This document shows, one piece after another, positions 1 through 11,330 of a DNA stretch of 64,000 bases. Each line of letters begins with the position of its first letter. Position 1 is the stretch's first letter. Source of the stretch: Octopus vulgaris (lineage: Eukaryota); contig OX597815.1 of NCBI GenBank assembly GCA_951406725.2, positions 182,218,001-182,282,000 on the forward strand, read 5' to 3'. The notes under the pieces are model-generated. The model ran no database searches, was not told the DNA's origin, and worked only from the letters and a program-made list of their open reading frames with translations. Both the position numbers and the translations under genes were made by a program.

Positions 1-1107
1 TTAACTAGCAATTGCTTTATATTTTTCCTCAGTATCTGTCTGCAGCAATTGTTTGCTAGCTTACCAACAAGCTATTTGCAATTTCGCTACGAATTTTTCA
101 CTTAAACGTGTATACATATCTAAAGTTATTCTAAGAGTAATACATAAAAAAAATAAAACGGACTCGATGATCCCACAGGAGGAATATCTCTCCATTTCAT
201 AATGCGCATGCTCAACAAGGCACACATAAGATGCTATATACTTTCAATTCTTGTTCCTCCACGATTTATTTACTAACTTCACTATTACTGAAAATTGAGT
301 TTAGAAATAATAATTTGATCGACTGAACCCTACCTCCAGATGTGTAGCTGTTGCCTCTGGCAAATATAGTCTCATGTCAATATTTTCGCATCCGCAGGAA
401 AGATCATATAGCCTAAAGTTTTATTAGTTAAATTAATTTTTGAAGTTGTCCGACATAATTCGGTATTTTGCTGTTTTGTTTTCGAAAAGAGGTAATCAAA
501 AGTGAAAACATGAAAGCATTATGGTATTTCCCGGGGAAAAAAAAATCAGTATACGTGTGTATGTATGATGTGTGTGTGCATGTATATGTTTGTATATGTA
601 CGTGTTTATGTATGTTTGTATGTATATAGTTCTGCATCCTTGTCCGCCTAAACAAGCAGACGTAATTTTACAGACAAGTCAATTTTAATATATTGATTTG
701 AGTAGTTTTACTTTAGAATATTAAATCTATACAACGTCACAGTTGAAAGTTGGGCAGGAGGTGCGCTAAGAGTTATTTATGATCGAAGTGTCAGTAACCC
801 TGTCAGGACTGTTGGATGCATTGTTGATAAGAAAAGATAGCATAAGATTGAGACGAACAAACGCGTTTCGCCGGGGGCAAAATTAAACTGAAAGGAAAAC
901 TAACCGCAACATCGAAATGGAAATATCAAAGTCAAAGAGGACAACCGCGATGTGTTAACACGACTTGATAGAAATTGTAAACACAAGTTTCTGAAATTAT
1001 GTAATAGTCAACAAATGAAATAGTAAGATGCGTTTCATTTTACATCTGGGCGCTTGATGCGTGCGCAGTTTCAGAAGACGTGATACGGTGTTCGCTCTGA
1101 ACTGATA

Positions 1108-1404
1108 TCTTTATATATAAAAGTGAAGTTGTGTGTCTGTCTCCTACGATTTAGATTCCTAACTACTCCCACATTTTGCGGTGCAGTCTAACCAAAACCG
1201 GATATCTTATAGTCGTGATTCATATCGAGCCCTTCTGGGTATTAGCGCGCGTATACGATGAGTCTACGATTTAAAAAAAAACTTACCATCATTTGTTTTC
1301 CATTTTTAATGCATTTTTTTGCTATTTTTTGGCTATAACTCTCTAAAAATGCTTATATAGTTATTTCCCTTACAAACCCGAGCAACGCCGGGCGATACTG
1401 CTAG
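1108..1404 (+). mobile_element. Non-autonomous Helitron
   Basis: 5' TC (TCTTTATATATAAAAG), 3' CTAG preceded by hairpin CCCGAGCAACGCCGGG, inserted between A and T; related 3' ends at 16380 and 40017. Confidence 0.85.
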
Positions 1405-1461
1405 TCAATGATAAACGTATTAACGGAAAATAATGGAATACACTTTTTTCGCACACTTAGA

Positions 1462-1462
<1 letters not shown>

Positions 1463-1533
<71 letters not shown>
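1463..1533. repeat. (AGT)n microsatellite
   Basis: Direct reading. Confidence 0.97.
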
Positions 1534-1905
1534 CGTATTTTTATTGCTATTGTTCATCAGCCATGCTAAAAGTGTTTTGGATCCTCCGTAAGTTTGTGTC
1601 TTATTTTCCTTCTTAGAAGGTGATATTTGCTGACTTCGTTGTCTTATTTTCTTATTGATTAGACTGGTAATGTATCTGGTCGTCCCTTTTTGTTACCCCC
1701 CCCCCCCCCACCCATGGGGCAGAAACTCCGAACGAAAGAACTTTCTTTTAAAGCAAAACAAAAACATTTGAGACAGCTTATGGTCTTGCCAGTTTTGTCG
1801 CTGAAAAATAATGTTTTTTCCGGTCTGTCAGCGAGACAAAAATGTAGGAGGTAAATTGAAGTTGAAACTAGCTTTCACACTCAACATCTACAGGCTAACA
1901 ATATT

Positions 1906-2306
1906 CTTTTCTACTCTAGGCACAAGACCCCAAATTTTGGGACAGGGGTCCAGTCGATTAGATCGACCCCAGTACGCAACTGGCACTTAAATTTATCGAC
2001 CCCGAAAGGATAAAAGGCAAAGTCGACCCCGGCGGAATTTGAACTCAGAGCACGAAGACAGATGAAATACTGCTAAACATTTCGCCCGACGTGCTAACGT
2101 TTCTTATTTCTTTACTACCCACAAGGGGCTAAATGTAGAGGGGACAAACAAGGACAAAGGGATTAAGTCGATCACATCGACCCCAGTGTGTAACTGGTAC
2201 TTAATTTATCGACCCCAAAAAGATGAAAGGCAAAGTCGACCTCGGCGGAATTGGAACTCAGAACGTAAAGACAGACGAAATACCACACACTATTTCGCCC
2301 GGCGTG
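1906..2306 (-). mobile_element. SINE family A dimer (tRNA-derived head, Meta-domain-like body)
   Basis: Two copies of body GCCGAGGTCGACTTTGCCTTTCATCCTTTCGGGGTCGATAAA; B-box-like GTTCAAATTCC; flanking direct repeats CAGGCTAACAATATT (1891-1905) / CAGGTTAACAGTATT (2307-2321). Confidence 0.85.
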
Positions 2307-2977
2307 CAGGTTAACAGTATTGAAACGACAGCCACAACAGCAGTAACAACTCGAAGTCGAACAAACTGTGCAACGCAGTCTACTATGTTTAAAAGGACGG
2401 GATAGACACGGTTGAAATGCATTTGATCACAGGCCGGCTTAGATTAGACTATTATCATAGGCATCCGTGTCACTGCGCAGGAAACTGTAACAGTTGACTA
2501 GTTCTGGCTATAGATACCACACTGAGGATAGTTACAAAATCGAAAGGATCCTTAAGACTATACAGTGGAATAGTTGAAAGAAGTACGAAGATGTTTTCTA
2601 CTAAAATTCTGTTTGATCTACGGACTCGTAACTGTGTGAAAGGAATTAATGTCATTGATTTTTAATTATAACTTTGAAGTCAGCCTGTAATAGAAGTATG
2701 TTCAGATCATAAAATAATAGCTAACCTGTTGTTCTACTATGCAGTGCAGTAATAATGTTATATCAGAAAATTGAAATGAGATTTCTATGTAGCAGGATGT
2801 AACAACTGTAATGAAAGTTTTTAACCGACAAATAAACAGATTCAAAAGAGACAGTTAAGCAATCTATAAAGAATATAGGCTCTTCTAACTTTATAATAGT
2901 CCTTTTATTGAGTGACGTATATGTGTTTACGTTTGAATGTCTGTACGCACGAATGCAGGTGCAGGTATGTTTGTATA

Positions 2978-3083
<106 letters not shown>

Positions 3084-3232
3084 TGTGATACATATATAAT
3101 ACATTTATTTATATATATATGTATACATACATATACTTATATACTCACAGATTCACAAACACACAGAGACACACACAGACATATATACATTTACATAAAT
3201 AGTAGTATGTATGTATGTATATATATATATAT

Positions 3233-3569
3233 TACGGAGATGTACTCGCATAGCAAGTAATTTGATCTGAGATCGTGTGCTGAAACGAAAACAATTGCAG
3301 CGTGGAAGGTGTTTATAAGCCATTTAAGAAACACACAAAAGCCGTTCGATTCACTTCAACATTTAAGTTTAATTTGTCAAAATATCTTCGTCGCTAAAAT
3401 CCGCGACCTGTTCACTGACAAAGTCCGTGCTGCACGGACTTTGTCAGTGAACAGGTCGCGGATTTTAGCGACGAAAATATTTTGACAAATTAAACTTAAA
3501 TGTTGAAGTGAATCGAACGGCTTTTGTGTGTTTCTTAAATGGCTTATAAACACCTTCCACGCTGCAATT

Positions 3570-3573
<4 letters not shown>
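3233..3573. mobile_element. Palindromic PLE-terminus-like element between (TA)n tracts, with hammerhead motif
   Basis: 142-bp arms 3289-3430 and 3432-3573 with one mismatch seen; hammerhead-like fold at 3440-3489. Confidence 0.7.
3440..3489 (+). ncRNA. Minimal type-I hammerhead ribozyme motif, G3-C8 core variant
   Basis: Stem I TTTGTCA/TGACAAA, core GTGAACA plus extra G, stem II GTCGC/GCGAC, GAAA, palindromic stem III AATATT, cleavage triplet UUU. Confidence 0.6.
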
Positions 3574-3631
<58 letters not shown>

Positions 3632-3880
3632 GAAAAAAAAGTCAAGGGAGAAAATATAAGATAATTTTATAAAAAACATCTTAGTACCGGTTTCAGTCAT
3701 TGAGACTTTTTCGACTGTAAGTATGGAAAACAATTAAATTTTGGAAAAATTAAAAGCAAAGTTTTTTAAAAGAATATTTGCATAGTATTCAAATACAAGG
3801 GGCATTTTCCTTGTTTCTGTCTGTCTCTGTCTTTCTTGTTTACTCTTGTGGGTTCGAGGTCGTTGTGAATCCTTGGCAGG

Positions 3881-3955
3881 GAAGAAGAAAGAGAAGAAGA
3901 AGAAGAAGAAGAAGAAGAAGAAGAAGAAGAAGAAGAAGAAGAAGAAGAAGAAGAT
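3881..3955. repeat. (GAA)n microsatellite
   Basis: Direct reading. Confidence 0.97.
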
Positions 3956-4109
3956 GAAAGAGGAGGAGAAGAATGTGGGAGTGCCATGATAGTAGTAGGA
4001 TGCTAAATGGTCAAGTGCCCTGAAGGGATGCCTCAAGAATTCAATCACTACTACCATCCACAACAAGTTACTTTCAGGGAACTTAATCAACAACACTACT
4101 GCGAGTGAA

Positions 4110-4500
4110 AAATGCAGAATGTGAGGTGAAAGAGGTGAAACGGTATGGCACATCGTTAGCGAATGCCCGAAATTGGCACAGCGCGATTACAAAAGACGAC
4201 ATAGTAATGAGGCAAGAACAATCCATTGGGAGTTCTGTGGAAATCACGGTCTACAAAGAGCAAAGACGAGGTATGAGAAAATTCCCGAAGGAGTCACCGA
4301 AAATGAAGATTGCAAAATGCTGTAGGATGCAATGGTTCAGTACGATCACCAGACCAGACATCGGAAACCGGACATAGCTGTCGTGAATAAAAAGGCAAGA
4401 ACTTGCAGGATTATAGACATACCACGTCCTGGTGACAACAAGAGAAAGAAGAAAAACTGAACAACTACGACAGATGACTTTTTCCATCATACTCGGCAAA
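4110..4500 (+). pseudogene. 3' fragment of R4/Dong-like non-LTR retrotransposon (CCHC knuckle plus restriction-like endonuclease)
   Basis: Manual translation KCRM*GERGETVWHIVSECPKLAQRDYKRRH...IHWEFCG...ML*DAMVQYDHQTRHRKPDIAVVNKKARTCRIIDIPRPGD; two in-frame stops; followed by an (AAT)/(AAC) tract. Confidence 0.85.
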
Positions 4501-4566
4501 ATAAGGTGAGAGTTTTCGTCAAATAATAATAGCAACAGCTACAACAACTATAATAATAATAATACT

Positions 4567-5147
4567 CCTTTCTACTATTCGTACGAGGCCTGAAAATTTG
4601 GAGAAGGGGGTAAATCGATTTCATCGACCCCACTGTTTCACTGGTACTTACTTTATCGACCCCGAAAAGATAAAACACAAAGTCGACCTCGGCAGAATTT
4701 GAACTCAGAACGTAGCAACGGGCGAAATACCTATTTCTTTACTATCCTCAAGGGGCTAAACACAGAAGGGACAAACAAGGATAGACAAACGGATTAAGTC
4801 GATTATATCGACCTCAGTGCGTAACTGGTACTAATTTAATCCACCCCGAAAGGATGAAAGGCAAAGTCGACCTCGGCGGAATTTGATCTCAGAACTTAAC
4901 GGCAGACGAGATACCTATTTCTTTACTACCCACAAGGGGCTAAACACAGAAGGGACAAAGAAGGACAGACAAACGGATTAAGTCCATTATATCGACCCCA
5001 GTGCGTAACTGCTACTTAATTTATCGACCCCTAAATGATGGAAGGCAAAGTCGACCTCGGCGGAATTTGAACTCAGAACGTAACGGCAGACGAGATACCG
5101 CTAAGCATTTCGCCCGGCGTGCTAACGTTTCGGCCAGATCGCCGCCT
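4567..5147 (-). mobile_element. SINE family A trimer
   Basis: Three tandem bodies and a single complete head; internal junctions GAAATACCTATTTCTTT at ~4725-4741 and GAGATACCTATTTCTTT at ~4908-4924. Confidence 0.88.
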
Positions 5148-5164
5148 TCATAAAAATTACAACA

Positions 5165-5169
<5 letters not shown>

Positions 5170-5229
<60 letters not shown>
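5170..5229. repeat. (AAT)n microsatellite
   Basis: Direct reading. Confidence 0.97.
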
Positions 5230-5230
<1 letters not shown>

Positions 5231-6165
5231 TACAAGCTGTGAGTTTTCATCACATAATAATAATAAAGAATACTGAAAATATCATTAGTTACATTACAAT
5301 TAGTATTGGAGAATACATAATACAAATGAGATATAATTAGGAATTAGTGTGACTTATAAATATTAAATTTAAATATGAAGAACAAATGAAATAAAATTCT
5401 GTACATACCTATGCGTAAGTAATGGTGATGTGGTTATAAAGGTATTGAAATTAATAGTGAAATGTTCTTTAATAAATGTGGGCTGTGAGGAAAGGAATTG
5501 ATTTAGAATTACCAAAACTATATTTCTAGTAAACTGTTAGAGAATAACTGTAAATAACTGTATTTTCCCAAGACAGACTTTAATTTTAATACAATAATTA
5601 TCTAATATAATTTTGCGTGTTAATATCAATGATGTTGTCTCGCTCATGGTTTTAAACATGAATTGTATCTTAATAAACGAGAAGAAAATTAACATATTGA
5701 AACAAAATGGTTATGTTGTTGCACATAACGTTATTATTTCTCTGAAAATATCGTAAGTGCGATACAAACTTGAATTCATGTCAAGAAGTTAATTAATAAA
5801 GCATTAACTAAAGCCCATTAACGGAAGAATATAATAGAAAAATAATAAAGAAATTGGAATATAATAGAAAAATGTGTGATTTGAATTATTTAAATTTATG
5901 ATATTTTTTATTTTCTATTAAAAAATATCAGGGGTGATTGTTATCCATAATTAAGTTTATTCATCATATTGACTACTGATCACTACATTTGTGCTGTGTA
6001 TAGCTACATTGTTTTGTCACATCATTTTAAATTGCTAAAGCTAGACTATACGTGACAACACTATTGTGTGTATGCAATATTTAAAAACAAAATAGCTAGA
6101 CAAAGTTCGTAATTAAAGCATACACTTTCGTTCCTTAATTAACCCACTTTATTATCATTGCTTAT

Positions 6166-6313
6166 ACATTTCTACATTATTTACATTTGACGGATATTTG
6201 TCCTCATCTTGTTTGTTGTTAACACAACTTTTCGGCTGATATACCCTCCAGCCTTCATCAGGTGTCTTGGGGAAATTTCGAATCTGGGTTCTCATTCCTA
6301 AGGTATTTTACGA

Positions 6314-6375
<62 letters not shown>

Positions 6376-6532
6376 GGAATGAGAACCCAAGTGCGAAATT
6401 TCCCCCAAGACACCTCGAGAAGGCTGAAAAGTTGTGTTAAATGTAAATAACGTCGAGTCAGCCGAAAAGTTGTGTTAAATGTAAATAACGTAAATAATGT
6501 ACATAAATCCTCACCTCTTAAATATAGAACTG
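6166..6532. mobile_element. Non-autonomous PLE-like element with inverted terminus, internal (TTA)n and hammerhead motif
   Basis: Perfect 13-bp TSD TATCATTGCTTAT (6153-6165, 6533-6545); inverted arms around (TTA)n; related partial copy at 23680-23790. Confidence 0.75.
6222..6265 (-). ncRNA. Minimal type-I hammerhead ribozyme motif
   Basis: Minus strand ACAC-CTGATGA-A-GGCTG-GAGGGTATAT-CAGCC-GAAA-AGTT-GTGT: canonical core, stems I and II paired. Confidence 0.75.
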
Positions 6533-7639
6533 TATCATTGCTTATGTTACTAAAATATGTAAATCAAGGAAAGTAAACTCCTTAGTACTCCCAACGAAAT
6601 ATTCTGTGTTCAATTCAAAAGGTACATTCCACAAGAATTCAAACTGAACACATAAATCTAAAATATTTTCGTAATATGTTAATTTAACATGCGGAGAATT
6701 GTTTCGATTTGTGTCCCGTCAAAAGATGAACATTAGATCACTTTACAAGTTTTAAGCCAATTCCAAGGTCAAACTGCGATTCTTATTTTTGCTGATAACC
6801 TTTTACTCCATAACTTTTACGATAAATAGTTCTTTGATAAATGAATTTGAAACGACATGATTAGAAGACGCGTCGATGAGGTTGGCTCCTTGCCCCGCTG
6901 GAGCCAGTAGGTCTTGAATGCGGGGATGGTAAGCACCCCGAAGGAATAAGCTTCTTCTCATATGAGGAGGGCACATCCCTAATCCGTTCCCCGGCTCCGA
7001 ACTTGTTGCATAGGCCGCAAACCCGTAACATAGAGGAGAGAAAAGTAAAGAAATCTAGGAGTCTCACCGGCCGCTACCAGTCTGTGCCGGTTGCCGCTCA
7101 GCCGATTTCCTCTGCAAAATGGGGATAACTGCCGCTCCCCTGGGAGATGAGCCCCGCGAGGTAGGGTGGATGTTGCAGTAAATGACATCGACTATTCTGC
7201 ACGGCAATGCTTTTGTAATCATGTCCTCGAAGCGCGGCTAAACACGGAATTTGTTCAAGGGTGTACAACCCGTTACTCTCTCGCACCCATCTTCTGCTGA
7301 TTAATCCCACCTCCCCATTTTTCCTTTTCTTTGTTTCCTTGACGTGGAATTAACGAATAGTTGATGGAGTTTTAGTAATCCTTTACGCAGGATTATTAGG
7401 TTTGATGGTGACGAGTTGAAACCTTGCCACTGGAAGTACCATTGTTATATATTTCACCCCACACTTGAATAAGTAGAATTGAAATATAAAATTTGCCCCA
7501 ATTATTTATATAGAAACTTTATAAACATTTTAAGTTGGTATAAGAAGTAACAGGCAAAACCTCAATAGTTATATATGAGCCAGAAAACAGTAATGGAATT
7601 GATGCTGTTTTCCTGTAGTTATGTAATATAGTTCCAAAT

Positions 7640-8191
7640 TCTGGAACAAAGTGAGAAATTTAGAGGGGAAGAAACAAGCCGATTTTATTGAGCCAGTGCT
7701 TAGCTACATAACTGAGATTTTATTTTATCGACTCCGAAAGGCGAAGAGACGCAGCTGACCTCGGTGTGATTTGAACACAGAATGTAAAGAGTCAAAAGGT
7801 ATGCCACCAAAAGTTTGTTCGTCGCACTATCCACTCTACAAGCTCGCCACATTTTGTAATATTGATTTCTAATGTTTGCATAAGGCCAGCAATTTCGGGG
7901 AAAGTTATAAGTCGGTTACATTGACCCCAGTGCTCAAGTGGTACTTATTTTATCGACCCCGAAAGGATGAAAGGCAAAGTTGACCTCGGCGGAATTTGAA
8001 CTCAGAACGTAGCGACAGACGAAATACGTTCTGAGTTCAAATTCCGCCGAGGTCAACTTTGCCTTTCATCCTTTCGGGGTCGATTAAATAAGTACCAGTT
8101 ACGCACTGGGATCGATGTAATCGACTTAATCTGTTTCTCTGTCCTTGTTTGCCCTCTCTGTGTTTAGCCCCTTGTGGGTAGTAAAGAAATA
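7640..8191. mobile_element. SINE family A cluster: diverged copy plus head-to-head fold-back copy
   Basis: Diverged minus copy 7640-7850; minus copy 7865-8027 abutting plus copy 8027-8191; GGTACTTATTTTAT at 7940-7953 and 8192-8205. Confidence 0.8.
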
Positions 8192-8683
8192 GGTACTTAT
8201 TTTATTGAAACGATGTTCAAATTTCTCGTTGTGCTTAAGCTGTACACCATTATTATAAAGGATCAAAATCTCAGAAGCACATAATAGGCAGGAAAATTAT
8301 TCTTTTCTAATTTACTTGTGTCACTTTATGCTCTCAGTGGAAACCGCTTTGGCATTCACATTTCCTTTCATCTTCCCAGCACCATTAAAATAAATTACAA
8401 TCTCGTATCTACGTTTTGTCATCATATTCCGGCTCATTTGTTCTTTAAAGTTTGTTCATATTTATTTATATTCCAAACCGTTTATGAGTTATTTTATACA
8501 ATTAAAAACTGTTTTAACCCCTTTAATCTCCCAACCTTTAGGACTTCAAGATATGTTACTTGGAAACCACTTTCCTTGAAATTAAAGCGAAGCGTGCTTA
8601 AATGGGCACATAAATTTGTAAACACATTTCAATACACACACACGAACAAAACACATATGTAAGTATGTATGTATGTATGTATG

Positions 8684-8732
<49 letters not shown>

Positions 8733-8736
<4 letters not shown>

Positions 8737-8941
8737 GATCCAAACAAGAAAGCACAAAAAAAACACAACAACGCGAGGACGTGGAACAAATATAGTATTA
8801 TTGGACGCTCAGGAAAGAAGGAAAGGAGGATTTAACGTTTCGAGTGGAGCTCTTCGTCGGAAACATAGGAGAAGGAAAGATCCAGAGAAGGGAAGACAGG
8901 AAAAATAAATCGCCAACGGTACACACGCGGTCACATTTTGA
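8733..8941 (-). mobile_element. Short (TA)n-inserted PLE-terminus-like element, family H1, with hammerhead motif (8831-8863)
   Basis: Homologous to 30093-30300 and 31710-31890; flanked by (TA)n on both sides. Confidence 0.7.
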
Positions 8942-9062
8942 TATATATATATATATATATATATAAATATATATATACATGGCGTGTGCATTTATTAAAC
9001 CCATTGCTCAGAGCCTTCCCCTTATTAAACGATGCCTTGCTGCATTTTGAAAATTTTTAACA

Positions 9063-9299
9063 ATATTTCTTTCTTTATTGCCTACAGGGGGTTAAACATA
9101 GAGGGGAGAAACAAGAACAGACAAAGAGATTATGTTGATTATATCGATCCCAGTGCGTAACTGGTATTTATTTAATCGACCCCGAAAGGATGAAAGGCAA
9201 AGTCGACCTTGGTGGAATTTGAACTCAGAACGTAACAGCAGACGAAATACTGCTAAGCATTTCGCCCGGCGTGCTAACGTTTCTGCCAGCTCGCCACCT
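9063..9299 (-). mobile_element. SINE family A monomer
   Basis: Full head GGTGGCGAGCTGGCAGAAACGTTAGCACGCCGGGCG, body and AATAAAGAAA tail. Confidence 0.88.
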
Positions 9300-9356
9300 C
9301 ATACCATAATACCGTAAGGCATTGGGGCCAGCAATCTACCGTTTGCTAACAATAAA

Positions 9357-9751
9357 CTTTTCTACTCTAGGCACAAGACCCGAAATATTTGGGGAAGGAG
9401 CCAGTCGATTAGATCGACCCTAGTACGGAACTGGTACTTAATTTATCGATCACCGAAAGGAGGAAAGGCATAGTCGACCTCGGTGGAATTTGAACTCAGA
9501 ACGTAAAGGCAGACGAAATACCTATTTCTTTATTACCCACAAGGGGCTAAAGACAGAGGGGACAAACAAGGACATAGGTATTAAGTCGATTACATCGACC
9601 CCAGTGCGCAACTGGTACTTAATTTATCGACCCCGAAAGGATGAAAGGCAAAGTCGACCTCGGCGGAATTTGAACTCAGAACGTAACGACAGACGAAATA
9701 CGGCTACGCATTTCGCCCGGCGTGCTAACGTTTCTGCCAGCTCGCCGCCTT
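9357..9751 (-). mobile_element. SINE family A dimer with TSD
   Basis: 16-bp direct repeats GTTTGCTAACAATAAA (9341-9356) / GTTTGCTTACAATAAA (9752-9767); internal junction GACGAAATACCTATTTC at ~9512-9528. Confidence 0.9.
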
Positions 9752-9994
9752 GTTTGCTTACAATAAAGCACAGGCAATATTAACTGAAAGTATCCGTTCA
9801 ATCATAGCATATATAATTTTTTCTTCATTTTCTCTTATTTTTTTGCTATACACACTTAAATTCTCTTACCTTTCATCTTCTTAAATCCTTACTATGCTGA
9901 TGTCGCTTTCACTTTTATCTAAATTTGCGTTTATATCTTTTTGCCCCGTGTCCATATTCATTTTCTCCCTTTCTCCTCCTTACCACCACTTACC

Positions 9995-10095
9995 TCTTCT
10001 TCTTCTTCTTCTTCTTCTTCTTCTTCTTCTTCTTCTTCTTCTTCTCCTCCTTCTTCTTCTTCTTCTTCTTCTTCTTCTTCTTCTTCTTCTTCTTC
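9995..10095. repeat. (TTC)n microsatellite
   Basis: Direct reading. Confidence 0.97.
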
Positions 10096-11198
10096 TCCAT
10101 TCTCACTTGTCTTCAAGCTTCTACCTTCCGGTGCTTTCTCACTTCTTTTCATCTATCATTATTCGTTATCCTCTCCTTTCCTCTAATCAATATACCGCTG
10201 CACGCAGGAGATTATGCACCCATTAGTCTTTGACGAGCTACAATATTGATGACAACTTAAGATTAGATCTCCAAGGCCTCTTTTGCTAAAATCAACATGA
10301 CCTAAGATAAGGTTTTGGCACTCGCTTCCTTTTATAATACATGGAAGATCTGTCATCAAAAATTTCTTCTGATAATATCCGTCACTTAAAAAACAACAAA
10401 ATGTTGATAATATGTAAATTCTGTACTTTTATTCAGTTTCATTAAACTAGTAGAATTCCCCTATCTTTTCATCTCATAATACTAAACTGGTTTTCATTTT
10501 TACAAGAAATCTACTGCTGCTCTCAGGTCATGTCGTGACTTCCAAAATATATGTTTTAACTTAATTTAACATTTTTCTTTTTCCAGTAGTTTCTTTTCTT
10601 TTTATGTAGTCGTTCGATCCCCTTCACTCAGCTAATATTGCTGTTAGACATTTTGTTTCTGCTCTCTTCCATGTAAGTCTGTTCTGCAATCACGTTACTT
10701 TATTCACCATGTCTGCATTTTTCGTTTTTTTTTTATTTATTGACGATACATTGTACTGATCTTTTACCAGCCCATTCGTTCCTGCATCCATTAAGATTTT
10801 AGTGAAATATAACTGTTACAATTATGAAAGTTACAGTAACTGTCATTGCCAAAAACTACATTAACCCTAATTATCTATCGTTGCTCTTTGCTTTTTTCTG
10901 TATAGTTGCACGACGTTGAATCTTTCTTTGGCATTGTGACATATTTTATGTCGGACTATAAGGCTGTGTGTAGAATACTACTTCACTTTTCAGACAGGCG
11001 ATTACGTCTGAAGAATTCGACTGATTACTAATCATGTATTTTAGTTCTGAAATATATTAGTTCGATATCATTTCTATAAAATGTCTGTATAGTTGTGAAG
11101 AAAAGTTGACTTCGAGAGTATTCGGTACCTAGTTCGATCTTACTGCGCGGCAAGTAGAGCGAGTGTCTTTTAACGTAGTCTCATGATAAACAAATCCT

Positions 11199-11253
<55 letters not shown>

Positions 11254-11254
11254 A

Positions 11255-11326
<72 letters not shown>

Positions 11327-11330
11327 TGTA

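Noticed and set aside
4567-5147. Regularly spaced repeats resembling a CRISPR or satellite array
   Set aside because: Units are ~185-bp SINE bodies without unique spacers; eukaryotic context and no cas genes.
10861-10870. TTAACCCTAA, telomere or telomerase-template-like
   Set aside because: Single short match in AT-rich DNA with no pseudoknot or H/ACA context.
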